Assembly (NCBI GenBank): GCA_035384565.1 | Contig: DAOOIT010000011.1 | Span: 51,282-115,281 of the forward strand | Length of the DNA: 64,000 nt | Direction: 5' to 3' | DNA from: Planctomycetota bacterium | Lineage (GTDB): Bacteria; Planctomycetota; PUPC01; DSUN01 | In this document: positions 42,616 through 52,789 of the stretch, one piece after another | Position numbering within the stretch: the stretch's first letter is position 1 | Layout: each line of letters begins with the position of its first letter | Notes under the pieces: generated by a model | What the model saw: the letters and a program-made list of their open reading frames with translations, nothing else | Databases searched by the model: none | Told to the model about the DNA's origin: nothing | Translations under genes and position numbers: made by a program

Positions 42616-43739
42616 GACTCGCGCTCCTGGAGGGGGATTGGCTTGCCTGGCCCCGCGGCGAAGCCCTCGAAGATGCGCGTCACTTGCCAGGCCTGCCGGA
42701 GCGTGCCCTTGGCGGGGGGACGTCCTTCGAGGATCGCTCGGGCGAACTCGTTGACCTCGCCGTAGTAGCCGAGCAGGAACAGCCCCTTGTTGTAGAGCTG
42801 GCCGAGGGAGAATTCCGGCTCCCACGAGGCGGTGGCCTGGCCAGGCGCGCCCGTGTAGTAGTTCGGCGCGCTGCCGTAGCCGGTGCCCGTCTCGTACGGC
42901 GGCGACCGGTGGAGGCGGATGCGCAGGTTGTTCTCCACGACGACGTGACTGCCTGAATCGGAGACGAGGGTAGTGCGCTCCATTCCCCCGTCGCGCGACG
43001 AGCCATGGGTGAAGGCGAGCAAGGCCACCGCGCCCGAGGCGAAATGGAACGTGGCGGCGCCGGCGCCATTGTCGCTCCGCTCATAGTAGAGGCTGGCCGG
43101 CATGCCCAGCAGGAAGACCATCAGCGAAGCAGGATGGCACAGGTGGTCGAGAAAGCCGACGGCGCCGCTCACTTTCTCGCCGGCGAAGTACCGCATCAGT
43201 TCTTCCTGCGTCGGCACATACTGCGGGTATTGGAGCAGGGCGAGCTGGACGCGGCCGAAGCCGGGGGCCGAAATCAGTTCCTTCGCCTTCTCGTTGGCAG
43301 GGAAGAACATCTTCTTGAGGCCCACCATCGCCACTTTGCCGCTCGCCTCGGCGGCCTGCTCGATGGCCTCGATCTCGGCGCAGGTTGCCGCTGGCGGCTT
43401 CTCCATCCACACGTGGCGCCCGGCGCTCAGGCAGTCCGCCGCGATCTTCGGATAGAGCGGCCTGCCGCGCTCGTCGTAGCCCACAACGATGAACACGGCA
43501 TCCAGTTCCTCGCGTGCGAGCATGGCCCGGTAGTCGGCGTAGGCGGCTTGGGCGCCGAACTTGGCCGCGAAGGCCTTGGCCCGCGCGAGGTCGAGATCGC
43601 ACGTCGCCACCAGGCTCACGGGGGCGAACTGAAACGTCGGGTAGATGTTGCGGAACGCGTGGGAGCCGCAGCCGATGAAGCCGGCGCGAATCTCCGGCTC
43701 GTCCACCAGACGCCCATGAAAGCCGATGTGCACGGACAT
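42612..43739 (-). CDS. Gfo/Idh/MocA family oxidoreductase
   Basis: AGFIGCGSHAFRNIYP Rossmann segment and the WMEKP motif. ATG 43739 lies 4 nt after the upstream stop. Confidence 0.8.
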   Translation of the reverse strand: MSVHIGFHGRLVDEPEIRAGFIGCGSHAFRNIYPTFQFAPVSLVATCDLDLARAKAFAAKFGAQAAYADYRAMLAREELDAVFIVVGYDERGRPLYPKIAADCLSAGRHVWMEKPPAATCAEIEAIEQAAEASGKVAMVGLKKMFFPANEKAKELISAPGFGRVQLALLQYPQYVPTQEELMRYFAGEKVSGAVGFLDHLCHPASLMVFLLGMPASLYYERSDNGAGAATFHFASGAVALLAFTHGSSRDGGMERTTLVSDSGSHVVVENNLRIRLHRSPPYETGTGYGSAPNYYTGAPGQATASWEPEFSLGQLYNKGLFLLGYYGEVNEFARAILEGRPPAKGTLRQAWQVTRIFEGFAAGPGKPIPLQERES

Positions 43740-43743
43740 CCTC

Positions 43744-44739
43744 TCACTTGAATGTGTAGGTGCGGGTCCAGCGGAAGGTCTCACCCGGCCTGATGCTGAG
43801 GGCGCAGTAGGCTTCCGGGCTGGCGGCCAACGGGTCGGCGTAGTAGGCGAAGGTGGAGACCGGAAAGTCGCCCGACACCACCACCTCCAAGCCGTTCGCC
43901 TGGTTGCGGATGCGGAAGTGCTCGCCCCGCGAGTCGGCCACGCCGCGAAAACGAGCGTAGGTTCCTGCCTTGACCATCTCGGTGAAAGCGAGGGTGCGGC
44001 CCGACACGGCCATGGGCGGCTTGGGCGCGATGTCCACCGTGAGCGGGAAGCTCGTCGTCACCACGTAGTCGGGGCCGGGCGGCGCGCCGTCGAAGGCGAA
44101 GAAGTCGTGGCAGTACTGGTCGCTGGCGATCGGCTTCTCGCCCGTGTTGGTCAGGTAGTGTTCGATCCGGAGGACGGGCTCCTTCGGGTCAAGGACGATG
44201 TGTTTCTCGTAGCGGTAGGCCGTGCCCTTGAAAGGCTTGCCCTCCTGCACGAACGTGGCCAAATCGGGCCGCACCGTGACCCGCCAGGGAAAGCGCTCGG
44301 CCACCTCGAAGGGGTCGAAAAAGAAGTAGTCGGGCCGCTCGGGCCGCTTGAGGAGGCCGACGCCGAGCTTGAGGAAGGGTTCGCCCACCTTGGCGTCCTC
44401 GTAGCTCACGGCCGCGCCGATGCCTATCTCCTCGATGAGGCCCACGCCGCCCAGGCGTTCGCCGCGCGGCTCCTTGCCCAGGAACGTGTGCTTGCCGTCG
44501 AGCGTCACCTGGAGCACCACGCCCCCGCACTCGAATCGCTGGCCGGCGTAGGCGGACGACGGCTGGTCGGGCACCATCAGCGTGGCCTTGAGCCGCCCGC
44601 TCTGGATCGTGAACTCTCCCGCCTTGATCTCGGCTTCGGTCAATGGCCTGCCCTTTCCATCTGGCCGGGCCTTCTGCCACGGCGCGCACGCCGCGGCCAG
44701 CAGCGCCGCGCACAGCATGCCCATGCTTCGTGCAACCAT
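43744..44739 (-). CDS. Hypothetical lipoprotein
   Basis: MVARSMGMLCAALLAAAC lipobox. GGGGAGAAG SD. No family recognised. Confidence 0.6.
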   Translation of the reverse strand: MVARSMGMLCAALLAAACAPWQKARPDGKGRPLTEAEIKAGEFTIQSGRLKATLMVPDQPSSAYAGQRFECGGVVLQVTLDGKHTFLGKEPRGERLGGVGLIEEIGIGAAVSYEDAKVGEPFLKLGVGLLKRPERPDYFFFDPFEVAERFPWRVTVRPDLATFVQEGKPFKGTAYRYEKHIVLDPKEPVLRIEHYLTNTGEKPIASDQYCHDFFAFDGAPPGPDYVVTTSFPLTVDIAPKPPMAVSGRTLAFTEMVKAGTYARFRGVADSRGEHFRIRNQANGLEVVVSGDFPVSTFAYYADPLAASPEAYCALSIRPGETFRWTRTYTFK

Positions 44740-44751
44740 TGTGCTTCTCCC

Positions 44752-46857
44752 CTACCGAGTGATCTTCACCGCGATGTCCCGAGAGAATGCGGGAATCCTG
44801 AGGTCCAGACCGTTCGCCGCCTTGGCCTTGTCGGGCGCGGCGGGCTTGCCGTCCCAGGTGTTCCACCACTCGACCTTGTAGTCGCCGGGGGCGAGGCCCT
44901 GGAGGGTGAGCGTGGCGCCGGTGATCTCGGCGGGCTTCGCGCCCTCGTGGGCGATCTTCCACCACGTGGCTTGGGGGTCGGAGACCCAGAGGTAGGCGCA
45001 GCCGTCGCCCTGAAGGCCTACGAGCCGCAGCCCTTTGTCCACCGTGGCCGTTGCGGAGCGCAGCTTCGCGGTGGTGTAGGGGATATCCTTCACGAAGGCC
45101 GAGACCGGCTTGTAGTGGTGGTACTGGTTCCTCTTGTGCACGTCGTCCCACCACCAGCTCATGACGGTGCTGGACATGCCGGAGAGGGCCGAGGCCCAGA
45201 GGGCGTTGTGGAGGTGGGTGTAGTCCGTGTCGGCGTCGTATTCGGGCGAGCGGCCCCACTTGTCGTCGGCGAGGCCGAACTCGCTGAAGAGCACGGGCTT
45301 GTTCGGCGCGGCCTCGCGGGCGAGCTTGACGCGCGAGAGCACGCTGGCCACCTCGTCCTTGAACAGGTCCTTCTCGGCGGGGCGCATGTAGTAGTGGAAG
45401 TCGGCGGTGTCGAGCTTCGGATGCTTGTAGTCGCGCGAAGGCGAGTGCCAGGTGCTGGTGCAGCGGATGCGGCCGTAAGGGTCGAGGCTCGTGACCTGGT
45501 CGCCCAGTTCGCCGTAGAAGCGTTCGAGGGGCAGGCCGGGGTCCTGCTCGTTGAAGTACTCCCAGGCGGCGACGTGGGGCGAGTAGCCCCAGCGGGCGAC
45601 GAAGTAGCGCACCAGGTTCCTCGCGTGGCCGAGCATGCGTTCGTAGGCGGGGCTGCCCGCGTTCCGCAGGTTCTTCATGTAGTGGTCGCGGGTGAGCATG
45701 GTGAGCTGGAGGTAGACGCCCGCGGCCTCCGCCGTCTCGACCAGCGCGTCCACGATGCGGCAGTCGAGGGGGTTGTACCAGCCGAGGAGCGGGCGATTGG
45801 GGTCGGCTTCCCAGAGCAGTTCGGGGCCGCCGGCGGCCTCGCGGAGCGAGAGATCGCGGAGATACGTGGTGCCCTTGGCCGTCGAGCGGAAGGCCAGGCG
45901 CTCGAGCCACCACTGGTTGTCGCGGGTCCCGAACTCGTGCTGGAACGGCGTCCAGCCCTTGCCGCCCTTGAGCTCGATGGTGCCGCCTGCGCCGAGGTCA
46001 AGGGCGATGCCCGCGCCCGAGGCGTTTCGCACCTTGCCCGTCAGGCGGTACTTCGTGCTGGCCTTGACGGCCAGGGGCCTCGTGGGTTGGAAGGTGATCG
46101 CCGCGTTGGCGTCGCCGATGATGGCCAGGCAGCGGTCGTCGGAGTGGAAGCCGTCGCGATCGGGCATGGCCACGATAGGCGGGTCCCAGCTCCACGAGCG
46201 GCCCCAGCCGCTCTTGCGGGCCTCGACGGCCATCGCCCAGTCCTCGCAGCAGCACCAGATGCGCGCGTAGTTTGCGCCGTTGTCACCTAGCTTCTGGAGC
46301 ATCTCGCCCTGCTTGTAGGAGTCGGTGATGAAGGCCACGTTCTGCCCGATGGGGAAGAAGGGGGAACCGTCGGTGAACTCCAGGAAGCGGGGGTCCTTGG
46401 CCGACACGCGCACGAAGCCCCTCCCCTGCCCTGGCGTGCACTGGAAGTCGGCCGGGGCCGAGCGGACGGTGCCATCGCGGGTCGTCACCACAGCGGCGGC
46501 CGACCAGTTGCCCGTCTCGTTCGGGGCGAAGCGCGCCCGCCAGCCGGGCGCGCCGCTGGGGTAGAGCCATTCGGTGGGGCGGCCGCTGTGCGGCCGCTGC
46601 TCGCGCTCGACGGGCTGGAACCAGAAGGCAGGGTAGACGAGCTTCTTGCCGCTGGGCGCCGTGAGCTCGAGCGACACGTCCGCCTCGGCCGCATCGTACG
46701 GGTTGACCGCGGCGATGTTGGTCGTGATGGCGAACTCGATCCTGCCCAGGCGCGCGACCTGCTTCGCGGCGGCCTCGATGGCCACCTGCCGCTCCGCGGC
46801 GCTGGCCGCCAGACAGAGTCCCTGGATGATGAAGGCGATGCGGCTGGCTCGGCTCAT
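44752..46857 (-). CDS. Putative glycoside hydrolase (DUF5060-like N-terminal domain plus GH5/cellulase-like TIM barrel)
   Basis: The N-terminal segment IEFAITTNIAAVNPYDAAEADVSLELTAPSGKKLVYPAFWF resembles DUF5060. FFPIGQNVAFI, WEYFNEQD and FSEFG are TIM-barrel GH-like motifs with candidate catalytic Glu residues. ATG 46857 overlaps the upstream stop (ATGA). Confidence 0.55.
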   Translation of the reverse strand: MSRASRIAFIIQGLCLAASAAERQVAIEAAAKQVARLGRIEFAITTNIAAVNPYDAAEADVSLELTAPSGKKLVYPAFWFQPVEREQRPHSGRPTEWLYPSGAPGWRARFAPNETGNWSAAAVVTTRDGTVRSAPADFQCTPGQGRGFVRVSAKDPRFLEFTDGSPFFPIGQNVAFITDSYKQGEMLQKLGDNGANYARIWCCCEDWAMAVEARKSGWGRSWSWDPPIVAMPDRDGFHSDDRCLAIIGDANAAITFQPTRPLAVKASTKYRLTGKVRNASGAGIALDLGAGGTIELKGGKGWTPFQHEFGTRDNQWWLERLAFRSTAKGTTYLRDLSLREAAGGPELLWEADPNRPLLGWYNPLDCRIVDALVETAEAAGVYLQLTMLTRDHYMKNLRNAGSPAYERMLGHARNLVRYFVARWGYSPHVAAWEYFNEQDPGLPLERFYGELGDQVTSLDPYGRIRCTSTWHSPSRDYKHPKLDTADFHYYMRPAEKDLFKDEVASVLSRVKLAREAAPNKPVLFSEFGLADDKWGRSPEYDADTDYTHLHNALWASALSGMSSTVMSWWWDDVHKRNQYHHYKPVSAFVKDIPYTTAKLRSATATVDKGLRLVGLQGDGCAYLWVSDPQATWWKIAHEGAKPAEITGATLTLQGLAPGDYKVEWWNTWDGKPAAPDKAKAANGLDLRIPAFSRDIAVKITR

Positions 46858-49800
46858 GGCGGCGTTCTCCCTTCGAGTTGCGCGGGCTGGGCGCCCGCCC
46901 AGCCGGCCACTTCGGGCATGTGCACCATGGCGAACGACATCTGGATCGGGTAGTTGCACACGCAGCCGACGGCGTAGTCGGGCACGCTGAGGATGCCGTC
47001 GGCGGCGATGAGGCTGTTCGAGCAGCCCGAGCGCGCGTTGCGCACGTGGTGGCGCTCCCCCGTCGCCGCCTCCACGTAGCAGACCGTGCGGTCGCGCAGG
47101 AAGTAGAGGTGTTCGCCGCCAACGGCGTAGTTGCAGCCGCCGCGGGGCAGGAGCGGCACGCTGCCCTTGGGCCCGCCGGTGCGCGCGTCGTAGACATTGC
47201 CGTTCTGGTCCACGAAGGCGTCGCCCCGCAGGATGAGGGGCTGGGCGCCGACGCGGCCCTCCCAGGCAGGCTTGCCGCTGGCGGCGTCGAAGGCGCGGGC
47301 TTGGCTGAGCTTGCCAGTGAGCAAAAGGCCCAGGCCGTCACACAGAGCCAGCCAGTCGTCGTTACCGCGGATAGCGGTCCAACCGCCGGGCCCGTAGACG
47401 CGGAAGGGGGTCTCAATGGTGCGGCTCCAGCGCACGGCGCCCGAGCGGGCGTCGAGGGCGAGGATTTCCGAGGAGGCGGTCTTCGGCGCCTCCTTCGGGT
47501 CGGTGAGCGCGGCCGTGAGGGTCGGGGAGGGCGAGTCGATGGCGAACACGGTCCCTCCCCCCAGGGCGAGGGCATGGTTGTTGAAGCGGTGCGTCGCCTG
47601 CCGCGTCCAGAGGGCCGCGCCCGTCCTGCGGTCGAGGGTGACGAGGGCCGTGCTGTCCCAGAGCCCCTTCTCGATGATGCGCACCTTCTCGAAGGCATAG
47701 GCGATGAGGACGACGTCGTCGCCCACGCGGATGTCGGAGACGAGGGGCTTGCGGCCCTTCTCGTCCTGGGCCTGGAAGGTGAACTTCGTCTTCTCGATGC
47801 CCGTGGCGGGGTCGAGGACGATGCAGGCGTCGCCCGCGGCCACGTAGACGCCGTCGGGCTGCGCGGCGAAGCGGGTGAACGCCTCGGTCTTGACCTTCCA
47901 CAGATGGCGGCCCGTGTAGGCGTCGTAGGCGAAGAGCGCGCGCATCGGCAGCGAGTAGGCGAACACGCGGCCGCCCACGACTTGCGGCTTCACGCCGATG
48001 CCGTAGTCGTTGTTCGTCCAGAACTCGTCCTCGCCGCCCTGGCCGTACCAGAGGATGCCGAGCGGGGGCTTGACGAGCTGGTCCTTCGAGAAGTAGGACC
48101 GGCGGGCGTCGGCGCACTCGTGGGTCCACCAGGCCGAGCCGGGCAGCGGGCCGTCGCGCTTCACCACCCCGGCCTCGTTTCCCTCTTCGACGATGAGAGT
48201 GCCGCCATAGGGGTGCAGAACCTCGCGGAGTCTCTCGGCCGCGTCCCTGTTGGGGAAACCCGTTTCCGAGACGATCAGGCTGGCGAGATAGGGCGGCAAG
48301 GGGAAGGCGAAGGGGTCGCCGACGAAGAGCTCGGCTCGCGTGCCATAGATGCCTGCCGCCACCAGCTTCTCGTGGAAGGCCCGCACCTTCGCGGCATCGG
48401 CGTCCACGCCGATCACCCGCACGTTCGGCTGCGCCGCCAGGCGGTAGAGCCACCGGCCGTCGTGGAGGCCGAGGACAAGGGCATAGCCCTGCGACGCCGG
48501 GAAGGAGCGTTCGGGAACCTGGGGCAGCGGTGCGGCCTCGAGGGGCCAGGTCGTTGTCTCCCTCTTGTCGCCGCCGAAGCAGAACAGGCCGCCCTCCTTC
48601 GTGGCGACGAAGAGCTTGCCGTCAGCGGCGGCGAGCGAGGAAGGTGTGCCGTCGAGGGCGTGTTGCCAGGCGACCTTCGGCTGGCCGCCCTCGGCGGGAA
48701 GCTCGACGGCGAGGAGGGTCTTGCCCGCGTGGCCGTAGAGGCGGTTGCCCGCCTTGATCAGCGTGTCGCTCACGGGCTTGCCCTTCGCGTGCTCGGTCTC
48801 CAGCTTCCACAGCTCGGGCAGGTCCCAGCGCCACGGCCTGGCGTCGTGAGTGCCGTAGAGCTTCGTCTCATATTCCGAGACGGCGGGACGTGTGAGGTCG
48901 TAGGCGTAGAAAGCACCCTGGTACGCGCCGTAGAGGATGCCGGGCGTGAGGGCGGCCCAGGCGGAGATGCCCGGCTGCTTGATGTAGTCGAAGATCGGCC
49001 CCTCGAACAGCTCGAACTTCTTGGGGTCGAAGCGGGCCGGCGCGTCCTTGCCTGCCTGGCCGAAGCGGCTGCCGACCTCGCGGCCCGTCGTGAGGTCCAC
49101 GGCCCCCGCCCGGCCGACGAACGCCAGGTTGCCCACCACCGCCAGGCGGCAGTCGCCGCGGCGGTAGCCCTGCACGTAGCGCAGCACCTTGCCGGTCTTG
49201 CGGTCGAGCACGGCCGGCATCGAGCGGCCGTTCGGCACGACGAGCAGGTCGCCGGCCACGGCGAGGTGTCCCTGCGGCGCGAGGCCGGTGTCGAACAGCT
49301 CGTTGTGGTCAATGCGCACCTTCTCGATGAGCTGCGCCTCGGCATTGCGCCAGAGGACGCGGCCCGTCTCGGCCTCGACGGCGGCGACGAAGACGCCCAG
49401 CATCGGCCACAGGCCGGCGCCGAAGTAGATGACGCCGTCGGCGAGGACCGGGCCGCCGCGGACGGGCCAGTAGGAGATGAGGCGGCCGTTGCCGAGGTGG
49501 CGGCGTTCGGGCCGCTGGTCGGGCGCGCCCCTCACCTTCCAGCGGAGCGCGCCCGTCGCGGCATCGAGGCAGTAGAGCCAGCCGTCGTCGGAGCCGAAGC
49601 ACACACGGCCGCCCCACGCCACGGGCGCGAGCCTCACGGGGCCGTTGGCGAGGAACGACCAGCGCTGCTCGCCTGTTTCGGTGTCGTAGGCCGCGAGCGT
49701 GCCGTGGTTCGCCGAGGCGAGGAAGAGCGTCGTGCCCAGCACGACGGGCTCGCACGAGGCGTCGAAGTGCAGCCGAGCCTCCCTCGGCCACGCGGGCACG

Positions 49801-49964
49801 GGCGGGGCGAGCCTGCGAACCCAGCGCAGGTGGAGTTCGGCGGGCAGGGCTTCGGCGGTCGTCCCGCTGCGCTGCGCGTCGCCCCGCCACGCGGGCCAGT
49901 CGGCGCCCGGGGCAGAGAGCGCTGGCAGGAACCCCAGCACGGCGATCAGCCGGGCACGTCGCAT
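46854..49964 (-). CDS. PQQ-like beta-propeller repeat protein with an embedded degenerate methyltransferase-like segment
   Basis: Signal peptide MRRARLIAVLGFLPALSAPGA and ADWPAWRGD. Repeated G.L.A.D..TG...W motifs. ATG 49964 follows AAGGAGG. Confidence 0.75.
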   Translation of the reverse strand: MRRARLIAVLGFLPALSAPGADWPAWRGDAQRSGTTAEALPAELHLRWVRRLAPPVPAWPREARLHFDASCEPVVLGTTLFLASANHGTLAAYDTETGEQRWSFLANGPVRLAPVAWGGRVCFGSDDGWLYCLDAATGALRWKVRGAPDQRPERRHLGNGRLISYWPVRGGPVLADGVIYFGAGLWPMLGVFVAAVEAETGRVLWRNAEAQLIEKVRIDHNELFDTGLAPQGHLAVAGDLLVVPNGRSMPAVLDRKTGKVLRYVQGYRRGDCRLAVVGNLAFVGRAGAVDLTTGREVGSRFGQAGKDAPARFDPKKFELFEGPIFDYIKQPGISAWAALTPGILYGAYQGAFYAYDLTRPAVSEYETKLYGTHDARPWRWDLPELWKLETEHAKGKPVSDTLIKAGNRLYGHAGKTLLAVELPAEGGQPKVAWQHALDGTPSSLAAADGKLFVATKEGGLFCFGGDKRETTTWPLEAAPLPQVPERSFPASQGYALVLGLHDGRWLYRLAAQPNVRVIGVDADAAKVRAFHEKLVAAGIYGTRAELFVGDPFAFPLPPYLASLIVSETGFPNRDAAERLREVLHPYGGTLIVEEGNEAGVVKRDGPLPGSAWWTHECADARRSYFSKDQLVKPPLGILWYGQGGEDEFWTNNDYGIGVKPQVVGGRVFAYSLPMRALFAYDAYTGRHLWKVKTEAFTRFAAQPDGVYVAAGDACIVLDPATGIEKTKFTFQAQDEKGRKPLVSDIRVGDDVVLIAYAFEKVRIIEKGLWDSTALVTLDRRTGAALWTRQATHRFNNHALALGGGTVFAIDSPSPTLTAALTDPKEAPKTASSEILALDARSGAVRWSRTIETPFRVYGPGGWTAIRGNDDWLALCDGLGLLLTGKLSQARAFDAASGKPAWEGRVGAQPLILRGDAFVDQNGNVYDARTGGPKGSVPLLPRGGCNYAVGGEHLYFLRDRTVCYVEAATGERHHVRNARSGCSNSLIAADGILSVPDYAVGCVCNYPIQMSFAMVHMPEVAGWAGAQPAQLEGRTPP

Positions 49965-52789
49965 GTCGCCTCCTTGCCATTCAGCAGGAACAGCCCTTGG
50001 CGAGGCAGGATGGCGCGGACGGCGAGACCCTCGGGCGCGCGAACGCGCAGGGCAAAGGGCTTGCCGGCCTCGTTCTCCCATTGCACCTCCACGTCGCCCC
50101 GCGGCGTGGGCATCGCGCCGCGGCACCAGGTGAGGTCGCACGGGTGCGGCTCGACGATGGCGGGCTCGAAGCCCGGCCCGCCCGGGCGCACGCCGAGGAC
50201 GTGGGTGCTGAGGAAGTACGTGGGCGCCGCCGACCATGCGTGGCAATGGCTCCGCGTGAGCCGGTCGCTCGTGCTCGACCAGGTTTCCCAGAACGTCGTC
50301 GCGCCCAGGTCCATCATCCGCCCCCAGTCGCGGCGGATCGTGTCGAGGAAGTCCTGGTGTCGTCCCTCGCGCAGGTAGCCCTCGAGAAGAAAGAACTCGA
50401 AGAAGGGGCTGCCCGCCTTCACGAAGCCCTCGGGGGGATTCTGCACGATGTCCCAGCAGCGGCGCGCGCGCGGGCCCCTGGCCACTCCGGCGATGTAGGC
50501 CGCCGTCTGCGTCTGCTGGCTGAAGACAGGGCTGTGGGCGCCGTCGCGCAGGCAGTCGGTGTAGGCGCGCCTCTCCTCATTCCAGAGGCGCGCGTTGATG
50601 GCGTCGGAGAGCCCGTCCGCCATCGCCCGCCACGATGCGGCGAGGGCGCCCTCGCCAAGCCAGTCGGCCAGTTCGGCCGCGTCGCGCAGGGCGTGGACCA
50701 TCTGGCAGTTCTGGTGCGTCACCACGCCGCGGGGCGGGGTGTCCATCGGCGCCCAGTCGAACATGTTCCACGCCCGGATGTCGAGGAGGCCGTCGGCGTT
50801 GATGTGCTTCGCGAGGCCCTCGATGTTGCGGCGGATGAAGCCGAGCAGTGCCCGCCCCCGCTGGCGGTCGCCCGTGAAGAGGACGAACTCGCGGCACGAG
50901 CGCATCCACAGCAGGCTCCAGGCGGTGAGGACGTTCTGCCAGGCGCTCGGCACGTGGCTCTCGGTGACGGGCGAGCGGTCGAGGCTGTGCCCCGTCTGCT
51001 CGAGACAGTGGAACCACAGGCGGGGGTCGCCGTTCACCGCCCAGTCAATGAGGGCCTCGTTGCGCGCGTCGCCCACCCAGTGGGTCTGCTCGTAGGTGGG
51101 GCAGTCGGTGTAGGTGTCCTCGGCGCAGCAGCGCAGGGTGAGCGCGCCGGCGGCCCAGATGCGGTCGAGCTGCGCGTCGGAGCAGGCGAATCGCCCGCGT
51201 CGGTTCTGGGGATAGGTGCTGAAGACGACGTGAACGCCCCGAAGCTTCGCGGGGCCGGTGAGGTTGCGCAGGATGAGGTAGCTGTACTGGAAGCCGCGGC
51301 GCACGAGGCTGCGGAACGCCTGGGAGCCCTCGCGGCAGATGTACCGGAGGCTGTTGTTCATCCCCTCGGCCAGGTTGTAGCGGCCGTCGGGCTGGATGAA
51401 CTCGAAGTTGTGGAAGTCGAGGATGGTGCCCTCGGGCGCGGCGACCTCGAAGGCGTGGCTGCCGATCAACTCGTGGCCGAAGTCGAGCAGCAGGCGCACG
51501 TCGCTGCCGCGGGCCGGCGGGTGTACGATGGTCCAATCGCTGCCCGAGAGCAGGCCATCGGCGTTTTCGAGCCGCATGTCGCCTGGCACCACGCGATCGG
51601 TGTAGGCCTGCACAAAGGCGTCGGCTTCAGGCAGGTGCTCGGGCCGCACGGGCTGGAAGCAGGCCTCGCGCGCCCAGGCGGACACGTCGCAGGCGTCCCA
51701 GAACGCCTCGCCGCGCGCGGAGGTGGCGCCGGAAACGAGCGGCTGGGCGAGCACGGCCGAGGCGTCCATGTGGCCTTCGGCCTGGCGGCGTTGGTCGTTG
51801 CGGAGTTCGAACGGCCCAAGGACGGCCCACGGGCTTCCGCCGCCCTCGCCGAGCGCGCGAAAGCGCAGCTCAGGCGGCCCGTCGAGCGCGACGACGAACT
51901 GCGGCAGGTGGTGCGCGGGCGGCCGGGCGACCAGGGAGTTCCAGCCCGCGTTCAGCGTCGCGCGCCCGTCCTCCACCAGCTTGCCATTCACCTTCATCGG
52001 GCCGGGGTGCTGGTGGGGGATGCGGAACGCCACGTCGGTCGCACACGGCGACCAGACCTGGGTGGCGAGGTAGTAGTGGGCGAAGACGAAGTTCGACGAG
52101 GAATCCTGCGGCGCGATGTAGGGCTTGGCGTAGATCGTGAAGCGGTGCGGGATCGAGCGGACTGCCTCGACGCTGACCAGCCGCTTCGGCAGGACCGGCT
52201 CCTGGGTGAGAAACGGGATGTCGCGCGGCAGCAGCTCGCAGTGGAAGCCGTCGTGGGCCGGGCGGAGGGCTTGCGCGCGCGGCCACGAGCCATCCTCGTA
52301 GCCGGGCTGCGTCCACGGCTCGGCCCGCCGCGCGTCGAACTGTTCTTCGAACGCCTCCTGCACGCTGATGCGGGGCGTCGCCGAGACGAAGCCTGGCGCG
52401 GCCTCCGCGAGCCAGGCTTCGTCGGTGAACACGGCGGTGCCCGCCAGGTCAATCTGCGCCAGGAGGCCCGGGGGGCCCGGAAGGTACTGGAACGTGCCCT
52501 CGCCGAAGTAGTTCACGAGCACGGCCAGCACGTTGTCGCCCCGCCGAAGGTGCGGCGCGAGGTCATAGGTGTCATATCGCCAGTGGGCCGGCCAGCAGCG
52601 GACCGGCCCGTGGCCGAGGTAGATGCCGTTGACGTAGGCGGTGTAGCGGGAGTCGGCGGTGAGGCGCAGCGTGGCCGGCCCGCTCTCGTAGGCGAAGCGG
52701 CGCCGGAATGCGACGAATGCGTTTCGCTGCGGCATCTTCTCCGCCGCCCATATCCACGACCCTTGCCAGGATGTCCGTGCCTCGGTCAT
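49946..52789 (-). CDS. Alpha-L-rhamnosidase (GH78)
   Basis: N-terminal WQGSWIWA...ATLRLTADSRYTAYVNG. Catalytic-domain strings DCPTYEQTHWVGDA and TFWETW...SHCHAWSAAPTYFL. Confidence 0.8.
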   Translation of the reverse strand: MTEARTSWQGSWIWAAEKMPQRNAFVAFRRRFAYESGPATLRLTADSRYTAYVNGIYLGHGPVRCWPAHWRYDTYDLAPHLRRGDNVLAVLVNYFGEGTFQYLPGPPGLLAQIDLAGTAVFTDEAWLAEAAPGFVSATPRISVQEAFEEQFDARRAEPWTQPGYEDGSWPRAQALRPAHDGFHCELLPRDIPFLTQEPVLPKRLVSVEAVRSIPHRFTIYAKPYIAPQDSSSNFVFAHYYLATQVWSPCATDVAFRIPHQHPGPMKVNGKLVEDGRATLNAGWNSLVARPPAHHLPQFVVALDGPPELRFRALGEGGGSPWAVLGPFELRNDQRRQAEGHMDASAVLAQPLVSGATSARGEAFWDACDVSAWAREACFQPVRPEHLPEADAFVQAYTDRVVPGDMRLENADGLLSGSDWTIVHPPARGSDVRLLLDFGHELIGSHAFEVAAPEGTILDFHNFEFIQPDGRYNLAEGMNNSLRYICREGSQAFRSLVRRGFQYSYLILRNLTGPAKLRGVHVVFSTYPQNRRGRFACSDAQLDRIWAAGALTLRCCAEDTYTDCPTYEQTHWVGDARNEALIDWAVNGDPRLWFHCLEQTGHSLDRSPVTESHVPSAWQNVLTAWSLLWMRSCREFVLFTGDRQRGRALLGFIRRNIEGLAKHINADGLLDIRAWNMFDWAPMDTPPRGVVTHQNCQMVHALRDAAELADWLGEGALAASWRAMADGLSDAINARLWNEERRAYTDCLRDGAHSPVFSQQTQTAAYIAGVARGPRARRCWDIVQNPPEGFVKAGSPFFEFFLLEGYLREGRHQDFLDTIRRDWGRMMDLGATTFWETWSSTSDRLTRSHCHAWSAAPTYFLSTHVLGVRPGGPGFEPAIVEPHPCDLTWCRGAMPTPRGDVEVQWENEAGKPFALRVRAPEGLAVRAILPRQGLFLLNGKEATCDVPG

